Shown: positions 13,827-26,415 of the stretch, one piece after another | Numbering within the stretch: position 1 is the first letter of the stretch | Layout of the letters: the number at the start of each line of letters is the position of its first letter | Source of the DNA: Monocercomonoides exilis PA203 | Taxonomy: Eukaryota; Protista; Preaxostyla | Assembly: GCA_001643675.2 (NCBI GenBank) | Contig: LSRY02000072.1 | Location: forward strand, 62,001-126,000 | DNA length: 64,000 bases | Reading direction: 5' to 3' | The notes under the pieces: model-generated | Databases searched by the model: none | What the model was told of the DNA's origin: nothing | The model's input: the letters and a program-made list of their open reading frames with translations, nothing else | Made by a program: the position numbers and the translations under genes

Positions 13827-14415
13827 ATGGCTCATAGACAAGAAAGAAGGCCCGAGGATGAAATCTTTTATTCTGAAAAAGTGTGCGACGATATGTATGA
13901 ATATCGGTTTGTGAGAAATGGATTGCTTTATTTTTAATATAATTGGTGATTTATATTTGAAAAATTGTATTTGAATTATTTTTTGAAGTCATGTAATTTT
14001 ACCGAAAGAAATTGCAGCCAAAGGTGTGTAAATATCCTTAAAAATCATTTTTTGAATTATAACTTTGTAATCAGTTCCAAAAGATCGTCTTATGAGTGAA
14101 GAAGAATGGAGATCTATTGGCATACAGCAATCTCAGGGGTTTGCACTTTTTGAAATTTTTCGAATTTAACAATTTCATCTTTCTTTAGATGGGTATGTTT
14201 TCTTTTATTATCTTGACATAAAGTATTAAATATTAAAAACGTTGTGGTTTTAATTGCTTTTTATCCGCGTATTCAAATTATTGTGAAGGGTATGGTCACT
14301 CATTTTTAATATTTTCTTATTTCATATGTGTTTATTATTTAAAGTTAACTTTGATCGTCATGCACCTGAGCCTCATATAATCCTTTTCAGAAGGCCCCTT
14401 CCAAAAGCATCGTAA
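13827..14415 (+). CDS. CKS1: Cyclin-dependent kinase regulatory subunit Cks1/Suc1 (6 exons, including 4-nt and 1-nt microexons)
   Basis: Exons 13827-13906, 13989-14023, 14075-14138, 14189-14192, 14289 and 14345-14415 give [84 protein letters not shown]. This carries the YEYRHVxLP, LMSExEWRxxGxQQSxGW and HxPEPHxxLFRRP motifs. Not in the ORF track. Confidence 0.95.
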
Positions 14416-15211
14416 TTTCAACAGAATTAACATGCTTTTCATTAAATTATTAATTTCCTCTTTACACAAAAAAAGATAATCACTTCATTTTTATTTATTG
14501 TAATTCATATATATTTTTTGTTTAAAAGTTAATAAAAGGAAATAATTTTTAAAAACTTTTAATTCAATTATGCGTAATAAGAAAGTTCTGATAATGTTAT
14601 CACTGAAATTCTGGTGATTTGCATTTTTCCATCAAAAACATTCCATAAAAATTGGGTGAAAAAAAACCATCACTTATAAATCTTCGTTGTTGCCCTGGAG
14701 TTTCATTAACGAACAAATACATAAAATATATAAACTCATTTCATTTTCATTCCATTAAGATCAAAAATTATAAACTAAACAGAATAGAAACTTTTCTCAT
14801 TTTAACATTTTCATTTAAAGAAACTTAATAAAAATGTAATACATATAAAAATTATAAAAATGGAGATGTATAAAAATGGGAAAAATGCATATAATTCTCA
14901 GAAAGATGACATAAACAAGATGAAAATTTCGACAGCAACAGACAAAAAAAAAGTAAATGGAAAATGATGTGCATTTCATCGAGATTAAGTAAAGCAAGCC
15001 GAGATGATGTAAGTGTAAATTTTTCTCTTAAATTCAAGGTTTAAGTAAAATTCAATGACCATGAAAGTTAAAGGCAATAATAATGGTGGCAGCAAAAAAA
15101 AGAAGACGAAAATTTTGTTGGAAACGAAAATTTTTCAGAAGAAGAAAAAAAACAAGAACAAGAACAAGGCAATTGAAGGGATTAGATTCGGTCTCAAATA
15201 AATTCATTCTG

Positions 15212-18200
15212 TCACAATGCATAGCCAACCATGTCTTGTGTCACATCATCACTTTCCATCTGGATCTTCTTTCTCTCATCGTCCAGAAGCGGATCCCTCG
15301 CCACAATTCTTTTAAAGTTCGACTTCTTCCACTTCTTTTTGCAGCAGCCACAGAACAATTTCCCGCTGAATATGAATTCCACCACTGGTACAAGCTTCCC
15401 AATGTAGTTCAAATACACAAATGTTCCTCCTAATGCTGTTATCAGCCCCACAGCCGATGTCTTAAATGACCTCGTCGTCACTGTCATCGTCTGCGACAGC
15501 TCCACAAACACCTCCACGCCCACACTCAGCATGAAATTGATATCGCTGTTCTCTTCTTGAGAACCAGGTCTGATTGAAATCCTGTTTGCTTCGTGGCCCA
15601 TCTGCACAATATGCTTCCACTTGTTCTCTTCGTACTTGCTAACCATCAGCTCAGCAACAACCTGGGTTTGTTCTCCGCCTTTGAAAACATGCGATGAATC
15701 TCCATCAAAATGGCTTTCTGCCTGTGATTTGTATGTTGCATCAAGGAAGAAGTAGCCTTTCTGTTGGGCTACTCCAGAATCAACAGAGATGAATGCGTCT
15801 ATTCCATAGAATAGTGCATCTTTCTCTTTTGAATAGAACGAAAGAAGTTTCACTCGTCGATCAACTGCATCAATGCTGATATTCTCCGCAGAAAGTTGAA
15901 TTGTGCAATCTGCTGTTGACGTGAATAATTTGTTTGGAGACGGAGATTGATAACATATTGGCGCGATAGCAGCTGACTCATTCGGATAAATATCTGAAAA
16001 GATACATTTAGAAGCATTATAAAAGATAGTTGATTTAACATAAATTTTGAAAGGAAGAAAAAGAATGAAATAAAATAAAATTGAATTCTGAAAACAGAAG
16101 GCAAACCCAATGGATCATAAGAAGTCTTTCCTATTCCAAGAAGTGGAGAGCATTCTCCTTGTGCTTCAATTTGCTTATCCTTCACATCCTTCACGCATTC
16201 CCCTGAATAATCTCTCAGTCGAATTAAAAATTCCATCTTTTTATTTGAAAACTTATCCAGCGTTATGTTCTGCGATTTCGGATCTACATACAATCGATTT
16301 TCAAGCGTGTTTATCAAAAAGAACAGCACAACTACCGCAGAAGCAGCGCCAACCACAAAGCAAATGCCAATAATCGAAACGCATCCGCCATAACTCGTCT
16401 TCCTCACAATCTTCACTGCCTTGTGTGTTTTCTCATCGAGGCTGTTCTTGTAGGAGTCTGAGTATTGATCCAGCATGTACAGCTTGTCTCTAGTCGGCAG
16501 GCAAAAACACACAAAAGCTACAACCAAGCCAAGCGCCAATGAAACTCCATAAAATAATATTGTGAACATTGTCTCTTTCTTCGAATTCGGATCATACGAT
16601 TTTGGCTGTTCTGTGCATTTGAAAGGCTCTCTGAGTAAAGTGTTGTTGTTTGCAGCTGACCCGACAAGGCAGCTGCTGTTTGAAGCACACACATTGCAGC
16701 CATCGCTCCCGGCGTTTGGTTGATATGCTCCGCCTGTGCAAGGAATACACGCACTTATCGAAGACCCTGATCCCCATAAATAAGTGCCAGCCGGACATTT
16801 TTCGCATTCTGTTTGATTGAAATGAGATGAATATGTTCCGCTCTCGCAGAGAGTGCACTGATTTGTGTTTGTGTCGAAAAATGATCCAGGCGAGCAGCCA
16901 GAAAGATGACTTTTCAATTTGATTTTGGTTAGTTTATTTGTTGCAATGGGCAATGGTGTCATTCCTTCACTCACTGCATATCCTCCGAGGCAATACAGCG
17001 AATCGAGCATGAAAGCGCAACTGCCATGCACTAAAGGATAATCCTTTTCCTCTCTGCCTTCGTCATATTTGTGTGTTGCAAGTTTGATTTCTCCGTGTTC
17101 ATCGAAAGTGAATACAGAAAGATACGATTTCTTTGCCACTCCAGATTCTTCTCCGCCAACTATAAATCCAACTTCTCCATCTCCAACAACAACTCCAGAG
17201 CTGCATATCGGATAGTATGGCCCCGACAAGCTTACCCAATCATCAAAAATGCTTGTGACTTTTAGTGGATGTACTCTGCAGCCTTCATTGGGATTTTCCC
17301 CATTATCTCCCCCGCAAATAAAAAGATGTGGAGCTGGCTGTTCACCGTCTTCCTTTTCTTCTGCCTTCTTCAAATCTTTCGACTTGTTCTGTGCATTTTT
17401 CAAATGTTGATGATTGCTTTTGTTCGAATCAATTGGTTCTTCTCTGCGAAAAATGCTTTTCACAAAAACAGTTGGTCTCTGAACCGCAATGCGCATTTTC
17501 ATAACTTTGAACCATTCTGACGTTGCGAAATTGAATGTCCAGATGTCGTGAAGCAGATTCTTGTTGATATCACAACCTCCAACAATATACAAAATAGACT
17601 CATAAATTGTGGCACCAGAACGGCACATTTTCGGCGGCCTTTTCTCGCCTTTCACTTTTATCTTCCTCCAAGAATATGTCGCTTTATTATACTCCCAAAG
17701 ATCATTGCTCATCGTCAGAAAATCTCCGTTGCTGCTATAAGTTGCTCCGCCAAACACAAAAATTCTTCCATTCAATGCGACAACTGCTGCTTCACCAAGC
17801 AACGGTTCTCCCTCGCTTTGAAATTCTGATTCGCCAAACTCCATCCATATCATCGTCCGAAAATCGAATTTTTTGCTTACTGGCACCATTTTGTTCAGTT
17901 CGGGGTTGTACCCACCGATGACAGCTATTTCTCCACTCAATTCAGCAAGATGATGTTTCAATACTGGAAGTGATACATAACAATCACCTGGTGACAGAAC
18001 ATTTACATGGTTGCTTTGACTGCTACGAAGAAAAGAGGGAGAAGCAGATGTGTTATCCAAAAATCTGTGCACACATCTACTATCCTGAGGTGTTGTCCAA
18101 TCTTCTTTGTTCAGAAAACAAATTTCATTTGATATGTATGACTGGATTTTTCCACCAAATGCATAAATAGTTCCTTCTTCATCCACAGTACACGAGGCCC

Positions 18201-19182
18201 CCACGTATCCGATTGTCCAGCCGTCAAAGTAAAATGGAACAAGAGTTGCATTTTTAACAGCAGAGTTGAGACCAGCTTCCGTGAGGTTCAAGATTAATGC
18301 TTTGTCTAACGCTTCAGTAAATGATCCATCCTTTCCGCTCCATGCAATTTCATAACACTCTGTTTCTGAAACATAACTTGTAAAACCAGATCGATAAATT
18401 GCTCCATTAAAATACTCATCATAAACTATTTCAATTAATTGGCAATCATCAGGATTTGCCAAGTTTATTCTGTAAGCACATGGTTTTTCTTTAATATTAC
18501 TTGTCAGTCCCCCAAAAATAAACAAATAGCTTTTAAATATGCACGCTCCTCCATCTCGCATCGGAGGTGGATTTTTGGTGGGATTATTTTTTCGTAAGCA
18601 ACGCCACAAAAATGTCTGTTTGTCCATTTCCCATATGTCATTTAACATTCCACGAGATCCTTGTCCTCCGAAAATGTAAACATGTGACTTTGTTTCTGCT
18701 TTGTAAGAACCATATCTCTCGCATGGTATACTATCTGACTGCTGAATAACTTTCCATGAAATTCGTTCAAAATCATATGAAAGCAACTCGTTAGACAGCC
18801 CATGACTACTAAGGCCTCCCCAAACATACACATCATCTTTAACGCAAAATGATACGCACATGTATCGGTCAGGAAGAACAACAAGATTTGTTGATGGTAC
18901 TATATTCCACAATTTCCGGTTCAAATCAAAAAAATATGAATCTTTCATGACAATTCCATCACGATCCCTTCCGCCTCCAATGAGCAGACCTTTTCTTTGT
19001 GGGGTATTGATGTACTGAATGAATGAACCTTCGCGTGGATAAGGAGGAGAGCCACTGCCTGGAATACTTTCAACTTCTTCCACCAAATCCAAATCTTCAG
19101 GGAAAGCAATTTGAACAAAAAGTACAACAAAAATTCTGAAAAGTGTAATAAATTTAAAACTAATTGCTGTTGTAAACTGCAT
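15212..19182 (-). CDS. About 1285-aa membrane protein: signal peptide, Kelch beta-propellers, Cys-rich (ephrin-receptor-like/GCC2-GCC3) repeats, three TM segments
   Basis: ORFs 15850-19182 and 15212-15853 are joined by intron 15994-16106 (GTTTGC...CAG). Many Kelch motifs (YVWGG, YIFGG, FIFGG, FVFGG...NDLWEY), CxxCxxGTY repeats (CTLCESGTYS, CEKCPAGTY, CIPCTGGAYQ) and hydrophobic segments near the C-terminus. Confidence 0.85.
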
Positions 19183-19946
19183 AGGAATTTTTCTTTAATG
19201 TGTTAAACTTCAGTTTTTAAGTCCAGACATTTTGTTATGGGTTTTTTTTAGTAGTTTCAAAACATAATAATCCACTCTTTTTATAAAGAAGAAAAGTGTT
19301 TTTTAATTTTTTAATTTGATTGTGAAATGTTTGTAATTCCGATGCTGAAAGGAAACAAAATTTTGCAAAGAGTTTATTTTTTTTTTCTCTTCTTTGCAAA
19401 AATATAGAAAGAAAGAAAAAGAAATTTGAAAAACTGCCAACAATTTCTATTATTTGTATGTATTACATAAAAAATTTTCGATTTGGAGTTGAAAAGTTTA
19501 TATTTTGTTTGTTTATTCAGATTTACAAAAACTTTGAATCTTGAAGTATTTGAAAGGCAATCTTCAATTTCAGAACAAATCTAATATTCATATCCTTCAA
19601 AAAGTGTCTTTGATATGATGGCAAATTTTTTGTGAAAATTTTAGAAAAAAAGAAAATGAACATATTTTATTTACACTTAATTATCTCAAATTGTTTCACC
19701 ATAACAAAAAGATGGAAAATAATAATGTTTTAAATGCAAAATTTTGCTTTTATTTCTGTTCTTCAAAAAAAAATTCGTTAAAAAAATTTTTTTTGCAGCT
19801 TAAATCCATTCGATATTTTTTGAAATAGAGTTGAAACTTTTTTGAATTAAGAACACAGAAAATATGTTATTTCCAATTTAAAGTATTTTATTGTATTTGT
19901 CAATTTGAAAAATAAAAATACAAAAAAAATTTCCAAACTTAATATC

Positions 19947-20206
19947 TGGGTGATTATTTTTGAATTTATATTTTTTCTCTATCAAAATTTTCTAAATTAA
20001 CAAATTGAAGCAAATACTTTGAAATCAATCAAATGTTAACAATGAAATCATAAATGAACTTTTTTATCTTTCCCTGACAACACTTTTTTGAAAGACTGTA
20101 ATTTGAAAGAATGCAACACTTTTTTGAAAACTCTTTTGCAAATAACTGTGAATGAGAAAATGATACGTACCTCTAAATATTTTATGATTTCAAAAATAAT
20201 CGCCCA
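19947..20206. mobile_element. MITE, family M1 (about 260 bp)
   Basis: Imperfect TIR TGGGTGATTATTTTTGAA...TTCAAAAATAATCGCCCA; same termini and length as 62408-62669. Confidence 0.65.
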
Positions 20207-20797
20207 ATTTTTTTTTCATATGGATAATTTATTGTTTTTTATATGTAAGAAACAAAAGAAATAAACAGCTACGTGGAAATGTTCTTTTTTTAAAACAAAG
20301 AAAAAATGAATGATGTTTTAAGATTTTAAAGTAATTTTTCGATTTATAAAACGAAATATTGTTAAATATCCATTGGGAATTTTATTTTTCATTAATATTT
20401 TCTGTTCCAAGTTTTTTTTTTTGTTATTATTTTTCTCATTTTTCTTTTTATTATTCGAAAATTCATTGAATGAAAATATTTGACTTTTATGATATACTGA
20501 TCCTTTTTGCTACCAAACTTTTTTTCGATTTTTGATCAAAATAAAAATATCAGTGGGATTCTGAAAAAATGAACAATAATCATCGATTCATACAGCTTTT
20601 GATGGTGCTTAAAAATAGAAAAAATTATTTAAACGAAAACTCATCGAAATTTTAAATTTGATCAAAACTCGAATAAAGTGTGATTGAAAAAATAATTAGC
20701 TAACTCCTAATATTTTCCTGGAATTTTTATCAGAAAATTTCAAAGCTGAACTGTTATATGGACACTGTCATTCATTTTCCTGTAAATAATATTTATA

Positions 20798-21067
20798 TGG
20801 GGGAAAATATGAACTTTCAAGCTTTTTATGCACAAAGAACAAAAAAATTGTTTCACTCATAACTTTTCTTAACTTTGTCAGATTTCAAAATAAATCAGAT
20901 TCTCATATCCTAAAACTGATATCATTGACACTACAACACAATGTTTTGTGTCATCACAAATATTTCAATAAGGAAAGAAATTTTACTTGGATTTTTTGAT
21001 CAAAATATGACAATAAAAAGTGCATAATTTTTTAATGAAAAAACATGAAGTTACATATTTTCCCCCA
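20798..21067. mobile_element. MITE, family M2 (270 bp)
   Basis: TIR TGGGGGAAAATATG...CATATTTTCCCCCA with TA on both sides; a diverged inverted copy is at 62134-62402. Confidence 0.7.
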
Positions 21068-21594
21068 TATATGTATTTTTTTTTTTTTTTAACAATGGAA
21101 TTATTATTCAATAATTTTTTGAAAAGTTTCTTTTGTTAGATTTTCAGGAGAAAATAAACATTGTGTATTTTCATCCAGTTTTCATTCCTACTCATAAAAT
21201 ATCATCAACTTGGATGCAAATGCTTGACAATATAAATGTGCACATTCTTTTGAATTTTGGTGAATTGGAATGAAAATTTTTTTAAAATATTCAATTTTCA
21301 TTTTCATTTGAAAAAAATGTGAAATGAACTTTTCAAAAAATGTGAACATATAAAAAGTATTATTAAAAAAATAACACACACCAAAAAGGAATATTTATTT
21401 TGTGTTTGTCTCAAACATGGGAAATTGCTGCAACTCTTTTGATAATTTTCATTCCAATAATAATAAACTGCTCATTGGCAACAAAACCTTTCAATGATCC
21501 ACTCTCCGAAAAAAGGAATTATTTCTAAAATAATTGTACATATTGTTCAATAACTCAAAAAAATATTTATTATGCCAAATAAATTAAAAAAATA

Positions 21595-21972
21595 CAGTTT
21601 GCACAAAAAATTCCGGACATCGCAAAAAATATCGAACAAGATCGATATCTCAATAACCGCAAGAAGAAAAATTCTGACAAATTTCCTCAAAATATATCTC
21701 ATCAATACAAACTCACATGACATACAAGACTTTCAGGACAGCTTCGCTTGAGGTCAGAGAAAATTATTATTTTCATTTCGGAGAAACTCAAAATATTATT
21801 TCTCCTGGATATCAATCATTGATTTTTTCTGAGCTCAAGCGAAGCTGTCCTGAAAGTCTTGTATGTCACGTGAGTTTGTATTGATGATATATATTTTGAG
21901 GAAATCTAACAGAATTATTCTTTTTGCAATTATTGAGATATCGATCTTGTCCTGTATTTTTTGCACAATCTG
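21595..21972. mobile_element. Long-TIR (foldback) MITE, family M4, Tc1/mariner-like termini
   Basis: TA|CAGTTTG...CACAATCTG|TA with about 150-bp imperfect arms (CAAGACTTTCAGGACAGCTTCGCTTGAG vs CTCAAGCGAAGCTGTCCTGAAAGTCTTG); same family as 62899-63255. Confidence 0.8.
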
Positions 21973-22219
21973 TATGAACAAATTTAATAAATAATAAAAA
22001 ATATCAGAAAACAATAAAATTAAAAACACTTCAATTAATATAACAGCATATTAATAATATTAATAAAAAATCCAATAAAATAATCGTTTTAACAAAAAAG
22101 AATTCAAGAAAGAATGATGTTATTAATACTTGATTTTAAAAAAAATTAATAATTTCGGAATGTTTCGGAATAGAAAAATTCATTGGTAACTTTCATTTTG
22201 TTCATTGTTACATATGACA

Positions 22220-22341
22220 TAAGCCTGGGTGACTTAAGACTTTTGTCTTAAGGTAATCTACTTTTGACTGACTTTAAAAATGCTTGAAGTCAAAAAGCAT
22301 TTATATCTCATCAAAATTATTCAAAAGTTTAACAGTTTATC
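22220..22341 (+). repeat. 122-bp hAT A end, directly repeated at 26416-26537
   Basis: The copies are identical except T22254 vs C26450; both are followed by GTTCACAC. Confidence 0.95.
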
Positions 22342-25300
22342 GTTCACACTAGGCCTGGTTGACGGATTGAAAAATAGACGGTTACGTCAGTCAACAGAAT
22401 TTTTTCACGTCAATTGATTTTTTTTGTCTCTCTTGTTTTTTGAAACAATAAACATATATTTTTTAGAATAAAATTGTATGGCTATTTTCAATAATGATTA
22501 GTAATGAATTTCATTTTTCCTTTAAAAAAAAAAACACTAAACCATAATTCATATATCGCTCAATATGAGAAAAATAATTTCGCAATTTCACGCTTGCAGT
22601 ATATGAACGCTAATTGGTTTGCATATTATTGTATTTGCCTATTATCTGTAAATGTTTTTCTTTTTGTGAATCAGTGGAAATTTTAGAAAATAAACAAATA
22701 GTGGAATATCTTATTATCCTTGATGAATATCCAGTTTGCTTAACGGATTCATAAAGAAAGTCCACAAGAAGAAGAGACGTAAAAGTGAAAATAGAGAGTC
22801 AGATGATGAAACACTTGAAAAAGGAAGAAATTAGAAATTGGATTGAAGAAAACAGTTGCCAATGGGATAAGTTATAGATATTGACTTAAAAATAGGTTCT
22901 GAAGGTTTGCTATCGTTGTTTTTTTGAAGTGATTATTCTTTTTTATTCAGGCTATTGAAAGAATGAGTGATTATATGGCTTTGAATAAGGAAAGCAGGGA
23001 AGAAAAATGAAAAGAAGGTTGTTGAAATATAAGATTAATCGAAGATGCCTGGCGTTGGGCTTTGATGATGAATAATTTTTGAGGAAAAAAGATTTTTTGT
23101 GAAAGAGGGGAAGCGAAAAAAGAAGAGATTAAATGAAAAAGGGATTCACATATGTTTCCTATTTTTTGTTGGTGAGGGGGGATAATTGAGCTGACAGTGA
23201 AAAAGATTCAGAGGTTTCTCCTCACCAGAAGACAAAATCCTGAAGAGGAGAATTACAACGAATTTCTCCGTTGGTGAAAATTGAAATTTATGTTCTCAAC
23301 TTTCAACCTTCAATCAACTCATTCATTCAACACCTTCAAAATCTTCATCAAATTATCACAACATTTCACACGCTTCTTCTTCTTCTTCTTCTTCTTCTTC
23401 ATTCACATCATCTGAATGAATTTCTTCATATTTGATATCTGCATCAGAGATCATGAATGAAATGAAGAAGAAACGGAGAAATTATTCATCCAAAGGAAGT
23501 TTTCATAAATTTTAATTAGAATAAGAAGAATGAAAGACGAGGCGAAAGAGAAAGAGAAAGAGAATGAAGAGCGTGTTTTGAGAGGAGAACTGGAAAGGAA
23601 ATGGAATCGAGAAGATGGAAGAGGGTTTTTTGAATGAAAGGAAGAAGATGATAATGAATACGAAGATGAAGAAGAACATGAAGCTGGTTGAGAGCCAGCC
23701 ACCAACTGCGAAAGGTACTAAACAGAGCAAAAAGAAGAGCAACGCTGCCAGGGAAACTCAAACGAGATAAAAGGAGCGAAGTCCATTCCACATGACTCAG
23801 AAAACCGCTTTGTATCTCATTCAACTACCTTCTGTCTTTGGCAGCTTGTTGTTTCAACATGGAACAATGAATGACTTTTTCATTTATTTGAGTGTGTGTA
23901 TGCTTCGTTGTAACATGTGCAATCTTCACTATCCTTTTCATTGGCAAATGAATGTTCTACCTCTTCTTCTCCTTCTCTTTCTCATTCTCTTTCTGCATCG
24001 TCCATCCCAGCTTCCACTTCTCCGCTTCAATTTCTTTATTATTCATTCTCTCTCTCAGCTGAATGTGCTTAAACGGATTAAAACCACAACAGAAGACAAG
24101 TGCACAAAGGTTAAAAAGCAACAGGAAAGTGACAAACTGAAGAATTGTGTGTGGAGAAAATAACAAATACGAAGAAGAATACGAAGAGGAATATGAAAAA
24201 GAAGGAGAAGAAGAGGTGGGGGAGCTGGCTGTTTGTGGGAAAGCATCAGGAAAGAGATGGGAATGAGCACAAGGCGAGCTAACAACCGACGAATAAGATG
24301 AAGAAGCCAATGGAAATATGGAATTATAATTGGAGAGAGAAGGCGACAGATCTGAGACAGCAGAAGAAGAGAAAGAAAAAGATACGCAAAAGGGAGGAGA
24401 GGAAGAGGAAAGCGAATAAGAGCCATTGGAATTCCTGTTTTGAGCAATCTCGTTATTCGGGGTTGAAGTATTAAAGAAGAGAGAAAAGCCACAACTGGAC
24501 ATATCATGTGCTGCATTTGGAGAGTGAAGCGTGGTCGATACAAAAGGCAGCTGAGACGCGCTGCTTTGGAATTCGACTGATGAATTGAGAAGAAACGAAG
24601 AAAAGGAAAAAGATGAAGAAGGATATGAAAATGATAGCGATGACGATTTTCACTTGAGTCATTCTGTTGTTTCATTTCTTCTTTTTCTTCAACACCTTCT
24701 TCTTCATCGGTTGTTGTGCTTTCATCCATTCCAATATGAATGATGTCTGACGTGATGAGTGCTGCCATCAAAAGCGACAGGTCGTCTTTGCTGAGAGAGA
24801 AGCAGTCGTCGATGGTGAACAGCACGGAATCTCTCAGATGGTCGTCAGAAAAGAAATGGATGACAGGCTGTGGGATGAGGGGAAGAATAGCAACGATCGG
24901 TGGAATGGGTGTGGGAAAGGACAACAGCTCCGTTGGGGAAGAAGAAAGTTAAAAAGAAGAAGATAGTGAAGAAGGAAAAGATGCTGTTATAGAATAGGAA
25001 ATATCAGTGAAGAGTTAAAATAAAATTGAAAAATCAACAAACAATAACGGAATTCAGAAAGTGAAAAGATATTCACAAAGATGTGTGGAAGACAGAATGC
25101 ATGATATAGAAGATATGTTGTAAGCTATAAAAGCACTTCGAACATATTCATTGAAAAGAAGTGAGATTTAATTGAAAAGAGCAACAAACGCAACACATAT
25201 TCTCCTTCTCGTTTACTTCCATCACGAATATTGCTTTCAGTTTCCTCATTCAGATGTTCTTCTTTTTATTTGCTCATTGATATTAACGCTTTACAAGAAC

Positions 25301-25456
25301 TATCTTAAAATATGCAGTATATTCATGAAAATATTGATTGATATTTTTGTGAAAATCAAAAAAGAAAACAGTTGATTTGTTATTTATTTCAAAATAATTG
25401 ATTGTATTGTGAAATGAAAAAACCTTTGTCAAAAGACAAAATAGTTAAAAGAGCAT

Positions 25457-26053
25457 TCAGTGCTTCAAAGATAGAGAATGCCTTCTGTCACCAGACATCC
25501 TTTTTGTTCTTGAAAAGACACATTCGCAGCTTGCTTCGCTGCATTGAGATGAAACAAATGAAAAAAAGATGTTTGAGAGAATTGTTAGAAGAAGTTCTTT
25601 CTTTGTGATCTCTGCGTAGAACTTTTGTGTGTCGCCTTCGAATATGAAGCTTGGTGCTTCATTCAAAAAATCCAGAAACAATTTGAAACATAAATCCCTG
25701 ATCTCTTTTGATTGATTTGATTACACTGTCACAACGTATATTTCAAAACTTTGTCTAATTCGTATATCCCAGTAAAATCATATGGAACATACCACTTGAT
25801 AACAAACTTCTTTCTCTTTTTCTGGTTCCAGACGGGAAATCAAACTAATCTTCTGGTTTGAAAACAGCACCTCCACATCATTTGTGCTATATTCTATTTC
25901 ATCTGTTCTATCTTCCATTGAATCTTCAAGTGAGTCATGAGTATTATCTTCGAAAACAAGTATTTGAGAAGATGTCAAGCATGTTGAAGAAAAACTTTCA
26001 GAAGAAGAAGAGCAGGAGGAAGCAGCTGAATGAATTGAAGAAGACTCATTCAT
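25457..26053 (-). pseudogene. hAT transposase remnant (N-terminal acidic segment plus C-terminal dimerisation domain), left-arm copy
   Basis: SQCSEASCECVFSRTKRMSGDRRHSLS resembles the hAT C-terminal motif SxxxERxFS...RxxL. The catalytic core is absent, with only about 100 bp between the two pieces. Confidence 0.75.
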
Positions 26054-26415
26054 GGTTTCATCTTTTTTCTTTTCACTTTATTTTGTTAATCCGGTCATTT
26101 GAAGATACACTTTAAAGTGTGTTTTAGCTATTCAAAGTGAATAAATCAATCAAAAAGCGATGCATTTAATATGTTCATCCATAAAGGCATTCTGAAATTT
26201 ACTCAAATGATTTCAACATTCAATTATGTTGGGTGTTGACACAAAAATTTGACAAAGTCAAAAAAAGATCGACCAGTCTGTGACTTTGGCAATTTCCAAA
26301 AAATTGATCCGGTCAAAACCCATTAACGTGTTCTTTATTTCTTAAAAAAAGTGTCGATTATTTTTTGTTCGATTAAAATTTTTCATTTTCCTTTAATTCA
26401 ATTTAGTGTGTGAAC

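Noticed and set aside
24055-24924. 289-aa ORF (and mirror 28024-28890) as a functional element gene
   Set aside because: TTG start, composition drifts into off-frame low-complexity sequence, and the two copies differ by frameshifts; treated as cargo.
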